In this document: positions 12,673-25,960 of the stretch, in pieces | Position numbering within the stretch: the stretch's first letter is position 1 | How the letters are laid out: every line of letters begins with the position of its first letter | Made by a program: the position numbers and the translations under genes | Source: Takakia lepidozioides | Lineage: Eukaryota; Plantae; Bryophyta | Reading direction: 5' to 3' | Length of the DNA stretch: 64,000 nt | NCBI GenBank assembly: GCA_030704615.1 | Contig: CM060733.1 | Location: 22,630,001-22,694,000, forward strand | The notes under the pieces: model-generated | Database searches by the model: none | Told to the model about the DNA's origin: nothing | Seen by the model: only the letters and a program-made list of their open reading frames with translations

Positions 12673-15114
12673 TTAGTGTAGTGAGCTATTTTTGCGCGGC
12701 TGTCGCCAACAGGTGCGCGCTCGGACGATTTCGCTATCCTCTCCCTGCGTGCGCAGTAAGTGAGTAAACTGGGGCGGAGTCGCCGTCAGGTCCCAGAAGG
12801 ACTTCTCTCCATGGCTGCCATTTATGCCCGAGAGCTCGGACCCAGAGGTCGCATTTCCATTGATGTTGGTTTCCATGGTGTCTGTTGCCTCGGGGGCTGT
12901 GAAAGACTCCACAACATCAGAGCCGGTGCATTCCCTTCGGTATTCAAGTGTTATGCTGGCCAGTTCACGGGTCTCGATGGTTTGTGGTGGGACACTCTGC
13001 AAGGTCAAATCCGTTGGTAATTAGCATTTTAATGAAAATTGGCACAACAGCGTTAAAACACCAACACCAAGGATGCATATCGAACAGATGACTCCTGCTC
13101 GTGGGTTGTGTATGTGGAACATGATAATCGCAAAGCCAGAATAGCGACTCGTAGTCTAGCATAAGATACCTCTAGCACCCAGCTGAGATACTTGAGGTTG
13201 CTCACATGCTCGTTCAGGTCCAGATCTTTTCTGCAAGGCTACAGCCAGCCAACGAGCACAATTTCCATGAGAGAAGTGCAACTGCTTCAAACACCATGAT
13301 AGAAGTTTGTAACGGTGTATTAAAAGACAGTTATGACTAATGATTTTGTGAGTCTGAGAGGGGAATCAGACGTCTCCCAACATCATGAGGAGATTCCTGC
13401 TATTAACATTGCCGGTTCAGAGTATCTGTATAAAATAACTTACTGTGAGGTTACAGCTTGAGAATTGGGCTCTGTCGGCAGTCAATTTGTCAATCTTCGG
13501 GATAACTTTGGACGGAGAAAAGGCCCAGCGGTCGACATAGCATGGTTCAAGCTCGGCTTTAACTTCGTCAGGAAGCTTCGACATGCGACGGGTGTCTCTG
13601 TTCATCATTACCCATGTACTGCATTGATTACCATGACAAAAGGCGATGTGAGTACCCAATGGGCGCGCAGATACAAATTTGGTAAAGCTAGAATCCCCAT
13701 TTACGTTAAGTGCTTTGAGCTTCCAAAACAAGTATAACTTGGACAACATAATCTATGGAGCCAAGTTTATAGCACCACATGATGAGCAGCATATACCTGG
13801 TTGATCGGGCAAGGACCTCGCCTGTTTGATAGCTTCGCATCACCCAGTCGCGACGATTTTTATTCTTGCCACAGGGTGCTGTCCAAGTGTCTATCTCCAC
13901 TACTTCAGGCCTGGACAATGTTCAGCAAGACTTTTCAGAGTGCAATAGAAACAAAACCATCGCAATTGTTTCAGACTCTTATTTAACACAAAAAACACAT
14001 GGGCCTAATGTTAGACAGTGTGTTGATCAATCGTTACTCGAAAAAAATGTAGAGACATTTTACAAGCTTACCAAGCAGGGTAGCGCTCAACTTCCACATG
14101 CATTTGGGTCACCACCCAGATCAGCCGGCAACGAGTCATGGCGTGCGTTGCGCCAAACCCATCCCGGCCGCTTATGCCCAAGAGCTGTACATGACAAAGT
14201 GCCATTTCCTGCAGACCACAGCAACTGGTCGGCCAAGACTTCTCCAGAAACTAACTTAGCAACTACATTCTCTAAATCTGATGCATTCTACTTCCTGTCT
14301 AGAAGAAAATATATTGGTACGTTTGAAGCAGTACATTAAGAGATTCAGGAGCTAGTACAGAACTAGGAGTAAGATTTTCTAACAAAAGACCCAACGGTCA
14401 TAAATTCCTAGAGGTTTTTGTATGCACTCCTAAGCCGTTCCCTTTGGATTATCAATTGATCTTTATCAAGGGCTAGAAATTGGACTTCCACCAGGCTAAT
14501 TGAAGCGTTGAAGTTCTTGCATAATTACAGCTTCATTACACCTTCAAGTTCAGCACGATCCTTACTGTCCCACTCACCTGAAATAGGCTCAACAGAGTTT
14601 CCATTGAGGCTGTCCTGTCTGAGCCGACTTCATAAGACCGAATCACGAATATCTGTCTGTATATCAAGCAAGATTCCACAAAACCTCCTTGGCGCAATTT
14701 GTGCAAGGGGAAGGTCTGTGTGCTCCTTCTGTCTTCAATACGCTCCAGCGTTCTTGACTTGTGTTGAGGTGTGGGAGTTTTTCCTTGGACGCTCTCCAAG
14801 AAGACTAAAGACAGGCTTTCAGACTGAGGGGGAGCAGAACTGCTTGAGCCTGTATTGAGCCGGCGTGCAGCGTAATTCAATTCATCGGAAAGACTTGCAG
14901 ATTCCAACAGTGCAGTTTCAAACTGCTTTGGTGGCAATTGTAGAGTCGCGTTAACGCTTTGATGTTTCGGTTTCGAATGCTGTGACCATGCCGACGCTAG
15001 CCTCTCTGAGGTTCTCAGGGAATGTTTTCCTTCAGAAGAGGAAAGCGTCCCTACTGGTATGGAGACTCCAGAAAAAGACTTCCGAGAAGCCAAGGAGTTC
15101 AAGAGAGCCTCCAT
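12673..15114 (-). CDS. FATB: Plastid acyl-ACP thioesterase (FatB-like), 6 exons: 14578-15114, 14072-14208, 13797-13910, 13444-13618, 13170-13238, 12673-12996; 451 aa
   Basis: All introns are GT-AG and in phase (1356 nt CDS). Motifs: RQIFVIRSYEVGSDRTASMETL, DGFGAT..M....LIWVV, YPAW, WVMMN..TRRMSKLPDEV, DLDLNEHVSNLKY..W.LE, LEYRREC. The N-terminus is Ser-rich and transit-peptide-like. FatA versus FatB is tentative. Confidence 0.92.
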
Positions 15115-16794
15115 TTTCAGGTTATCTAATCAGCTCGGTCAGAAGACTGGAATCGCTTGCTGTAGTTCAATGAAATCTTCCGTTTAAGCTCCCTATTGCA
15201 GACTCATTCAATCCGCTGGACTTGGGCTTTTCTTGGTTGCCTTCACGACACTATACGCAACTTAATCTGTAACCCGTACAGGCCTCCGCGTCTCTGACAG
15301 TCAGTGCCGTGCTTGGTGCTCTTTTCCTTTTGAATTCTCTAGCTCTCGCTCGCTCGCTGCAGTATCTTCCAGCTCAGTGGCCAAGGCCTTGCAAGTCTAG
15401 TTCTCTCACTCTGGCTGACTGCACTCTATGTCTACTAAATATTGCTTCTCCTTCTGCACCCATACTGTAGAGGTGGACTTACAAAGGAGGGCCCACCGGT
15501 TTTGTCGGAGAGACCCGTGGAAATTAAGCCCTTTCATGTTTGTCGCGGCACTCTAGTTAGCCAACTTGTCCGGTTAATTTTATGGGGCCGCCAAGTCTGT
15601 TTTGTTGTTATGCAGCCAATCTCCGCTCTTACATGCTACTGTACGAGACTACAGTCGGTTCACGAATCCTCCCCGTATTTCAGTTGCTTTGGATGGCACG
15701 TCACCTCTGAAAGGCCTGATAGAGGTCTCCGGCCGATACCACCTTCATTCACTTCAAACTAAAATCTAACAGCTCGTCAACCATGTATATTCCATTGGAT
15801 ACCCCGCTCGCCTCCATTATAATACCCAGAGAGCTTGGGTCTCGAAGAACTGTTTGCCCCACTGTTGGCCTTTTGTATAAGGGAAGGGAAGCTGACGAGG
15901 CCCTTGCGCCGTGCAGAAGGGCCAAGCCTACTGCCGTGCATCTTATGAATTTTACAAGGCCTTATTAGGTGTCTTACTTACCGCCCTCGGCGTCATGCCC
16001 TTAAATCCGGGAATGCCCTCCACTAAGGGTGCCACTCTGAGTAGGGAAATGCCAAAAAGTTAAGAAAAAATCTAATGGACAATGCATTTTGCATTTTTGA
16101 GTGCACTCGATGGAGAGTCTGGGCCATGAATGGGTCTGGGCCATGGATGGGACGAAGGCGATGGAATGCACCTTGATGAATTCTGCTTTTAACGGCACGG
16201 TAAATACAAACAAATTATTTTTTACAGTACTTTACGCCTGACTGAAGGTGCATCCTCCTGTTAGGATGAAAACTTTCAGATAAGGGGCTCAGTATTCTGG
16301 GAAATATTCAACTACAATGGAATATTCTAGACCTAGTAGATAGACTGATCCTGGAATCATTCTGATGGAAAATAAAAATTGCCTAATAAATCTGGAAATG
16401 TTCAGCTGCAACAGGATATTCTAGACCGACTGCTCCTGGAATCACTCCGACAAAAAACAATAATAATATACGCCACCTCCCCAAGGAAGCCAAAACCATG
16501 GTATCTCTTGACCCCAAAGGGGCAGGAAGTTGGACACCTCTGTGAATCCAATCAGTAGATTGACCCCACAACCACTTCTGAGGTGGTGTGCACCCCATAC
16601 CACTAGGCTACAACTCTTGGTTAGCAGGTTGACATTACCAAGAACAAACGCCACAAGCCATCCAAAGTTGGGCAGGAGGAACCGCAAGAAACATACTATA
16701 CCAAAATAGCAGTTGTTCCTCTGACTATTTATATTTTGTTTTGAAACCCCAGCACAAATCATGCCCCTTAATTGTAGTTCGAGGAGAAGATAAC

Positions 16795-18002
16795 CAGTGT
16801 TGTGAGGGTCTGGTTTTGAGGATGGGCCAGGGTCCGGTTTCCTGCACCCGGACCCGTGCTATAACCAAAAACCCGGACCCATCCGGATCCGCCAGCCAGG
16901 TCCAGAACCCCTTAAACCGGCTACCCAGGGCCAGTATAGCAGGTCAGGGTCCAGGTTATATATATATATAGTTATAAAAAAATTACAAATTGACATTTAT
17001 CTGATATTTATTTACTTGAATGTGACAGAAAAAAATTATTTCTAATTAATATCATTTTTCTAATATATTTAATCAATTAAATAGGATCCGGATCCAACCC
17101 ATGAACCCGTTTATTTTTTCCAGCAACTACCCCAACCCGGACCCAACTCCGTGTTCAAAAACCGGGACCGAATACGTGTACAAAAACCCGGACCTGCAGC
17201 TGGACCCGGATTTTCCAAATTTCAAAAATCCGGATCCGAACCCCTGGACTAGGCTCCAAAAAAGTACCCGAACCTGGACCAGTGTTGTGCGGGTGTGCCT
17301 TTTTAAGGAACCGCCGGGTCTAGGTTCGGGTATGTGTTTGGAGCCTAGTCCCAGTTCCGATCCGAGTTTTTGAAATTTGGAAAATCCGGTTCCGGCTTGG
17401 GGTCCCGGTTTCTGAACACGGAGTCCGGTCGGGGTCCGGGTAGCTGCTGGAAAAAAACCAAGAGTCAGTAGCTCAGTTGGTAAAGTGCACTGTGTCCCAT
17501 CCGGATGACCCTGGGGTCAAATCTTGCTACTTGACGGGTGTGGTACGCTCTTCTCCCCCTTCCCTGCGCGGTGTCGCATCTGAAAGCCTTACGGCGAGGT
17601 TACTGAGAGGTTATTTTCTCCTCTCTCTATCTGTCGCTCCCAGGTGTTTCCCTCAGAAAGAAAAAAAAAAAAAAAAAAAAAAAAAACGAGTTCAAGGGTT
17701 CAGATCTAGGTCCTATTTAATTGATTAAATATATTTGAAAAATGAGATTAACTACAAAAAAAAATTTGGTCACATTTAAGTAAATAAATATCAGATAAAT
17801 GTCAATTTTTTATTAAAAAATTAACAATTTTTACATGTATATATTTATTTATCTATTAAAATTAAAACCCGGACCCTGACCCGCTATACTGGACCGCAGG
17901 TAACAGGTTTAATAGGTTCTGGACCTGACAGGCAAGTCGGTATCCGGGTCCGGCCCTAACCCGCCCGGTACCCGAGGTCAAAACAAGACCCGCACAACAT
18001 TG
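16795..18002. mobile_element. Composite of two opposite-orientation hAT-type MITE copies (16795-17279 truncated; 17280-18002 complete)
   Basis: Termini CAGTGTTGTG(A/C)GGGT...ACCCGCACAACATTG. The two internal sequences are reverse complements of each other. The 8-bp flanks are AAGATAAC and AAAATAAC. Confidence 0.75.
17460..17686 (+). mobile_element. tRNA-derived SINE
   Basis: Box A TAGCTCAGTTGG (17469-17480), box B-like GGGTCAAATC (~17514), and a poly-A tail. It interrupts the MITE at an A-tract and is absent from the sister MITE copy. Confidence 0.8.
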
Positions 18003-18254
18003 AAAATAACCAGTGTTGTTAACCGGACTGACCCCGGTCAACCGGCGGGTCAGGTTCCGGTTAATAAGAACCAAGGAATCAGTTGGGAGGCCCGGAACCG
18101 GGGCCAAGATTTTTTATTTAATGGAAACCAGAACCGCCGGTTCCTAGTGGGGTCCTACCGCCATTAACTGGAACTTGGAGCAGGGAAATAGACATGACGC
18201 CACTAACCGAACCGCCTACCTACTCCTGTATGCGGGACCGCCAGACCTGGGCAA

Positions 18255-20455
18255 TATGTCCCAAGCCCTTTTAGGATAGTGCAGCGGGCAGGGCTCCTGT
18301 CCTCATGCCCGGGCTGGGCTGCTGGCTGCCCTGTTGCCAAGTACCTCCTCCTAAGGACGGGCTCCCATGCGCTCTTGCTGGCCTCTCCCTGCCACGTCGC
18401 CTCTTCCCATCAGGCGCTACCACGTCGCCTCCTCCTGCCACGTGCCAATTTTCCACCATACAGTAATTGGTATAGGGTATGGGGAATCCGGCAGTCACCA
18501 CACAGTGAACTAATTACGGTATGGCGACCCACAGGATTCCAGGATGGATGAAAAATTTCATGGATGGATGGATAATGATATTAAAAATGGATGTAATCCA
18601 TATTAGGTCCGTCTCCAGTTCATCGTGTTTGTCTTCGACGTTTTTCTTCTTCTGCGGGGAAGTTCTTCAGCCCGTCTCTTTGGTGAAGTTCTTGGTCTAC
18701 AAGTTGAGGTATGGCTTCCTTAACTGTTTCTTGGTGCTTATGATCTTTGTGCTTTGCATTTCTTTTTTTTGTGCTCCAATGCTTTATTTTTTTCATTTTT
18801 TTCCTTTGATTTTCAATTTCTTCACTTGATCGTGATTTCTAACTCGAAACAATTGCATGAATATATGAATTCATGTTGCAATGCTAATATAGTATGTCAT
18901 ATGACACTCAAATCAAATCCACAAATGTTTGAATGTATAATGCAATATATTTATGTCTTACATGGTTGTACATAAGTATATCTATATATGTATAATTATA
19001 TGATTACCCAATGATTACACATTCTGCCATATACATAAGAAAAAATGTATATAAATTAGTTTGGAAAGTGTGGTATAACTTAGTTAATATTGTCTCAAGC
19101 TTCCATAATTTGGATCATAGACACTTACACTTGCTTGATTACACATCCCACCATACACATAAGAAAAAATGTGTACAAACTAGTTTGGGAGTTTGGGAGT
19201 GTTGTGTAAGTTAGGCAGTATTGTCTCAAGCCTCCATAATTTGGATCATATTTACAAACGTGTATGGTTCCTCTTCATATTCATTGGCCCTTACAATTGC
19301 ACTCATCTTCAGATATATGGATTATTTAGCTTGGATATGACATTTTAATGGACCCATACATACATTTTCCATCCATAATGGTTCGTATTTTTATAAATAT
19401 ATGGCCCACATGAACAACTATTGAGTTCTATATATATAAGATGTACAAACAAAAATGTGCAAGGCAAAATCTTAATCATATTTAGATGGTCATTTCTTGC
19501 GAGTTGTCATACATTTCATATTGAACATCAACATATAATGAAGTGCAAAGAACAATGTCACTTCAAAGATGTGAGCACATAACATTTGCAAGAACACTAA
19601 ATGAAAGTGTAGTCATGTTTATTTCACCGGTAAAGTGAAGTCACAATTTCGACATGATACAGCCACATCGTCCTTTTCAACAAAGAGACAAAAGAACATA
19701 CAAAAGAAAAGTAGGGTTTTAGCTTTGGGATTAGAACAACAACTAACATTGAGATGACAAGCACTTAGAAGAAAGAAGCAAAACAACACAGGAGTTCATA
19801 TGGAGATTAGGTTACACATGTATGAACTTCATCCAAATCAAATGTATGGATCACAATTTGAAAGAAAAGCTTGTAATATCATATGTTAATTTTTAAAATA
19901 TTTATATGTTTTTTTAAATTATATTTCTACATATTTTAGTCATCATAGTTGGTAATGTATTTTTACATAAACACAAAATTAAAACTTCACCTAACAAGTA
20001 CATACTCTAAATGTATGAAAAAATAGTTCATGAGGAAAAAAAACATAAGATGGTGTCTTTATACATATATGTATGTATATAAAGGACAGAGGCCCTTTTA
20101 ATCAAATTAAATTAAATTAAGTTCATATAAAGGTGGAAAAAATAACCACCGGGGAGGCCCTAAAGGCTAACTGAGGGGGAACATCCCCAGAACCAAAGCA
20201 TTTATATTACAAAATGGAATAGGGCATGTTCCAGTCGACAAAGTACACGATTGGTGTATGGCAACCCACTGGATTTCCATACATTGATCATTGCATTCTA
20301 GCCATACACTATACTGATTAGTGTATGGGAGGTGGCAGCAACGTGGCAACCCTCCATGGTGGGGCGATGTGGCAGGGAGCTAGGAACAAGCCAGTCCGGG
20401 CATGAGGACGGGAGCCCGGCCAAGGCACTATCGTGTGAAAGGCTTGGGACATAGT
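18255..20455. mobile_element. Possible Mutator-like element with long degenerate terminal inverted repeats
   Basis: 18255-18485 and 20300-20455 are imperfect reverse complements (ATGTCCCAAGCC / GGCTTGGGACAT; GTCCTCATGCCCGG / CCGGGCATGAGGAC). The exact ends and TSD are not resolved. Confidence 0.45.
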
Positions 20456-20533
20456 TTGGAGACCCACCAGCCAGCCGCCACATTAAGGTCGGGCTTGCGC
20501 ATGAGGCATGAGCAGGTACGCCCTAAAGTTAAA

Positions 20534-20687
20534 GTATGATGCCTCCTGAAGGGAGCATAACTTATGGTGTCACTTCACCACAAGTGCTAAGGTGGACACC
20601 TTCATGACACACCAGACCATGGTTTGAACCCACAACCACATCCAACCTGGTATGTGCCCATTACCACTGGGCTACATGCTGGTTGTC
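20534..20687 (-). mobile_element. Short tRNA-derived SINE-like element
   Basis: Minus-strand box A TAGCCCAGTGG (20664-20674) and box B GGTTCAAACC (20621-20630). It is flanked by degenerate direct repeats at 20515-20533 and 20688-20706. No poly-A tail. Confidence 0.55.
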
Positions 20688-22119
20688 GGTATGCCCTGTA
20701 CTTAAATAGGATTTGTCTTTTATTCTTTATTGCTATTTTTGTCCCTCCTTCAACTTGGTATTTGTGCGTTGCCTGTGTGCCTTAGTGATCCTAACCACAC
20801 ATAACGTTTGCCTCCGTTGGCAGGACGCACGTCGGAGACCGCGTCTTTGCAACGGCAGGACGTAAGTCGGAGAACGGGCGTCTTCCCAAGGTTGCAAGGG
20901 GAGGAGCACACAAGCCCCATCCTTGACAGCAGGGATTGGTTGCTAAGATCCAACAAGGCAAAGGGTGACATCAGTACAACGTTATTTCCTCTTTTTCTTG
21001 CTCTCATGGCGCCTTCCCCCATTGGTGGCGCCCTACTACAGGTTGCAGCTTTCAAGGAACGTACTTCCATCTGCATTACGCAGGTTCTCCTGCGTCAGAA
21101 AACTACGTCGAGCGGACGCCCTCCGGGCGTTTAGGAACGGCCTGACACCGTTGCGCACCAAGGTCTTGCTTTATAGGAACTGCATTGAGGCTTTGCATCC
21201 GTCGTGTATGGCCTGGGTATGAGTGATCCTAGGTTCATCCTTCAACATGTGCCTTCAGCTGTCCATTCTCCATTGGCCCCTTGATGGGCTATGTGTTGAG
21301 CAGTCACCTGCCATAGCAAATGTCTATTTTATATAAAAACATACTAATATTTATTTGACCAATAGGACATTAGACTCTAAATTTCCCAGAGAAAATTTGG
21401 TTTTTAATTCCTTTAATAAAATAAAACAATTCCTTTTTAAGAATTTAATTATGTAGGTCCGGAACCGGCAACTTTTTCCAGCAAATAATCGGAACCGGAA
21501 CCATCCTAATGTTGAAGAACTGGAATGGAACCGGAACTGTTTCATCCCGAATAACCACCCTGGAACCGGAATTTAAACCCCACCCTAAAACTGGAACCAG
21601 AGGTTTTTGAAAAAGGCAAGAACTGCCCACCACTGAAAAGAACCTCTGAATTCAAAGTAACCTCGCCGACTCCAAGTGCAACTGGTGTTGTCGTTCAGCA
21701 AAGACTTGGGGTCCTTGTGAATATGCTGTCGGTGCAATGCATAAGGAAACAAGAAAAGAATAAATAAAAGGAAGGTGCCATGCATCAGGAAACAAGAAAA
21801 CACCACTATCGCTGAGTCGGTGTGCGGAGGACAATCAGAAAGCCAGGAGGATTCAGAGTCCGCATGTGCAACGAGTATCTCTAGGTTGGAAATCCGGAAG
21901 CTAGCTCTGTCTGGAGTGTACTCTAGAGACTCCCTTTCCTAAAAATATCTTTTACTCTTTCAGTCCCACATTTGTGGGGCGAGTTCTTCGAAGTTAAGGG
22001 GTATTCCCATTTCATCTATGTCGCGTCCCACACACAATTTTGAGTCGCGCATCCTACTTGTCCTGGGTTTTCTTGTACCCATACTAGTGCACAAAGTACA
22101 AAAGCAAGGATATTGTAAA

Positions 22120-22211
22120 TTCCATGTGACATTATACGATATCGACATGGTTCCATGTGACATTATACGACATCGACATGGTTCCATGTGACTTTATACG
22201 ATATCGACATT
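22120..22211. repeat. 31-bp minisatellite, three copies
   Basis: TTCCATGTGACATTATACGATATCGACATGG is repeated three times. Confidence 0.9.
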
Positions 22212-25169
22212 GGTAATTAAAGACCTCTTGACTTTTTCGATTTGGCTACATATATCAGCTTCCCGGACAGGATTACAAGTTATTGGCCAAGGGCATAGGG
22301 CTATAATCGCAGATTATGGAATCTTGCCCCTAGCCTCGGACAGGTGTCAGCTATCCATACATTGTCTTTTCGCACGGTGGAATCCTGGCCCTAGGTCTTT
22401 CTTCCCTGGCGCGGGGCTCCGCACCCGTGACAGTCGCCTCGAGTTCTGTAAGTCGTCGGGGCCACAACTTTACTTCTTCACATTGTATAGCACGGTTGGA
22501 TTGTTCATTTTGCTAATACATGAGTATCCTACAGTCTACTCCATTAATTCGGGCCGAATGGTCAGAAGAGAATGAAATTGCCTTCATATAGGCATGGATA
22601 GGCATGGATTTCACATGGCAGAATAAGATCGCTCCAATAAGAAATATTTACACCTAAAATAATTTTTCTCTTCTTATAAGGCATTATTTGTCCTGTGTGG
22701 GAAATGTAATTTGGGACCCATCCCAAGTTGTTTCTTGATTTTTGGAGTAGTTGCGAATTAGTTATAAATTTTTACCTGATCAGAACTAGACTCGCCTATT
22801 CATGTTAATAGGCTCAAATATTCACGTCAACAGACTCACCCATTCCCATTCTCGTCATCCATCTATGATTCTTCATCCAATGGTGTCTAAACATGTGTTC
22901 TGTGTGAACCCCTGGGACGCCGTGATCTAACGGATTTGCAAGGCTTTGATGTTGGAAATGACCATTTAGTAGGGTGTTGGAATTGGGCCTTCCACTACGT
23001 TTCGACTAGTCCAAGACACTTTGTGTAAGGTGATGGTCCTACTTGCGGCCTTTCACGACTTGGATCCAAAAGTCCAATTATGAAACAGGAATAGATTGCG
23101 AGATTTGTTTTATACCAGCAGGTGATTCCAAACAATCCATCTTGCAGATAAAACAATTTGAAAACGTTTAACTGCTGAAATTCTTGTATTTGAGTGATCT
23201 AAGCCTTATATCAAACCTTGACCGACGACGTTATTCTTGCTTAATATGTGGCAGTTGAGAATATAGAAATATATAGACTGTGCTTGTTGGAGACAGAGCT
23301 GAGGAGCTGAGGCCCCCTTAGGGCCCACTTACGTGATCTATGAACACATCAAGGACTCTACTTGGTGTTGGCGTGCCAATGCGTAAAGAACTGCCCAGAA
23401 TTTTCCTATATGATTCAAGGTCCCTCTATGACGGGAATATGCCTCGAAATACTCCCGCTCAAATTGGAGGAACATTCTGCAGATTTTTGCAGGATATGCG
23501 GTGTCGACATTTCTTTTATATTATTTCTTTATATCACTTCTTTTCAGGAGGGTTTTCTTTTTCTTTTGAGGGGCTTTCTTCTTTTCCTTCAAGCAACCCA
23601 TTTGTGTTATTTTCTCTGTTGCGCTTTTTCCTTTTCTGGAAAGGCTATGACAGGCCTATGACAAGGGCAATAACGTGAAAATTACTTTTTGTCCCCAATT
23701 TGAAATAGAGACAGAGGGTATCCTCTTTTTAGAGCCGCAGTTGCTGTGAAGTGTGTGTTTTCTAGTGCGCACACACATGGTCAGAGATTGTGTCAGAGTG
23801 TTGCACTGCAGTTGTGAGCTCAACTGCGAGGCTTAGATTAAGTTGCTTTTGAATTTTCTGCTTTTAGAGGGCCTATTTTGTTACCTGATTGGTGAACGTG
23901 AACATGCACGAAGAAAGCTATGTCTGAAGTAAAACTTTGGAAAGAAAGGGTAAAGAGAGATGATGTGGCAAAAAGTGGATGAAAATTCTGAGCCGTCCTT
24001 CACGTTCGGGAAGGCCCCTGCCTGCGGGCATTCCACGATTTTCAGGCTGCCTGCTGGGGCAGCGGCCTTCCCCTACACAAAAATCTTTGGACCGTCAAGT
24101 AGTGTTTTGTGGCTCGGAAAGTTCACAAATGTAAATAACGATAACTCTTGATGCAAATTACTTGGAGCCGACTCCCTACTATAATTTTGGGATTTAAAAC
24201 GTATTGTAATACAAGTTTTTAATATTTTATTAACACTTTGAGTTTTCCAAAATACTGTTTACCAATTCATTGACGGAACGTTTAAAACAAAAGTATTTTC
24301 AACACATAACGAATTTTCTAGGAACATGTTGATTCTGTATACATTCTGAAAGGGGAACTAATTTGGTTTCAAATTTTTTGCATCTTCATTCTTTCCTAGA
24401 ATGTTTGTTTATTTTGTTCTTGATTTCTTAGCATACAGTTACAAAAACTGTTTTCTTATCCACATTTCTGCTACATGTTTGTTCGTCGGTTATTTATCTT
24501 TGCAGTAGCATTTTTATTGATAGCTTCTGGACTTGTATTATTAATTTTATATCATTTATTTATGTTTCTAATGACCATGGTAAGTCTTAAGTATTTTATT
24601 AACAGTGATGTTTGTTCATCACTTATTTCTCATCGCAGTAGCATTTTACTGAGAGCTTTTGGACACCAATAGTCACACTTTTATTATTAATTTTATTGTG
24701 TTTCTTTAATTACCATGGTATAATAAGTATTAAATATTTTCATAACACAGATAATATTGTTTTTTCATCACATTGCAATAGCATTTTGACTGATAGTTTT
24801 TGGATACCAATAGTCACATTTTATTATTAATTTTATATTATTTACTTGTGTTCTAATTGGCAATGGTATAATAAGTCTTAAATATTTTCTTTAACATTAA
24901 TAATCATGCTATGAATAACCATTTCTTTTTATTTTACTTACAGTAATAACATATTTCTATTAATCGATCTTAACAACTTACAATAATAACTCATATATTA
25001 TTTTTAATTTCTTATTTACGTACTGATTACATTTTCATTTACGAACATTCACATGTATTTTTAATCACATTTTTATTCACTATTTGTAACTATTGAGCTA
25101 CATTACTTATTCAAGTATTGTTTACATTACTCATTATGTTATAGTATAGAAAGTTATATTGTTTATTCA

Positions 25170-25960
25170 TTTTGGACCTTGGTAGTCACCACTTTATAAA
25201 GTTTTTACCTGTACTGCACCGGCAAAATTTGGCCCTTGGTCAAAGTCTTTTACAAACATTGGAGCCTCTCCGCAATCTCCCCTCTAGACCTGCTCCTCAA
25301 CTACAACAGGTCCACCGGGGCAAGATCCTTCCCTTGCCAAGTCTTCGAAACTCTCATAGCTTCAACCCTGTGGCATTTATGGCGTGCTAGATGCAAGAAA
25401 ACTTTCAGTAATGAAACGAGTTCTACCTCAGGTTTACTGTCATTGGTTTACAGTGACCTGCTAACAGAATAAAAAAAATCTTGGGCGAAATGTATTACAG
25501 ATTGCGAGAAGGGCCCCAGGCAAGCGCCCACAATCCTCGCCACTTTTACATCAACGTGGGCCTGCCATGGCGTCATTTGCCAAAGCGACGAGCAAGATCT
25601 CTCTGTTTGGAACACTCTCCCCCCTCACCGCTGGAGAAACCTCTGAGCTCCACTCCACGGCCCCGCCAGAATTTGAGAGAGACGTCAACTAGAAGCACGT
25701 CAAGTACTTCCAGGCTCAATTTTCGCTAGTATGATTTGTCGTAGATTAGCTCCTCGATAATCTTTGCTTCATACAGCGCTGTTTTTTTGGAGGTCTCTCA
25801 TTGTTAAGGCTTTGGCTTCTTAAGGTTTGCCCACTTCAATACTGTACTTTTCTGTGCAGGGTCCCTCCACACTGACTACGGTGTGTAACCCTTATGGTGT
25901 CACTTGGGGTTTTATTTTTTTCCCCGATTTTATGATATAAAATGAGATTTGTTTTTTAAA
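25170..25960 (+). mobile_element. 5'-truncated LINE (ORF2 C-terminus plus 3' UTR)
   Basis: TLIASTLWHLWRARCKKTFSNE...W...F..TW resembles the C-terminus of L1-like ORF2. It is a GC-richer island in AT-rich DNA. Confidence 0.55.

Larger units (their letters stand above)
18011..21635. mobile_element. Probable second non-autonomous hAT-like element with nested insertions
   Basis: It starts CAGTGTTG and ends CACCACTG, has GGAACCGG/CCGGTTCC subterminal repeats at both ends, and is flanked by AAAATAAC and AAAAGAAC. Confidence 0.55.

Noticed and set aside
17465-17535. Functional tRNA gene
   Set aside because: Only A/B boxes are present with no convincing cloverleaf, and it continues into a body with a poly-A tail, which fits a SINE.
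20561-20575. 15-nt match CTTATGGTGTCACTT between the SINE tail and the LINE 3' region (25891-25905)
   Set aside because: The orientation is opposite to that expected for a shared tail, and a match this short can arise by chance in 64 kb.
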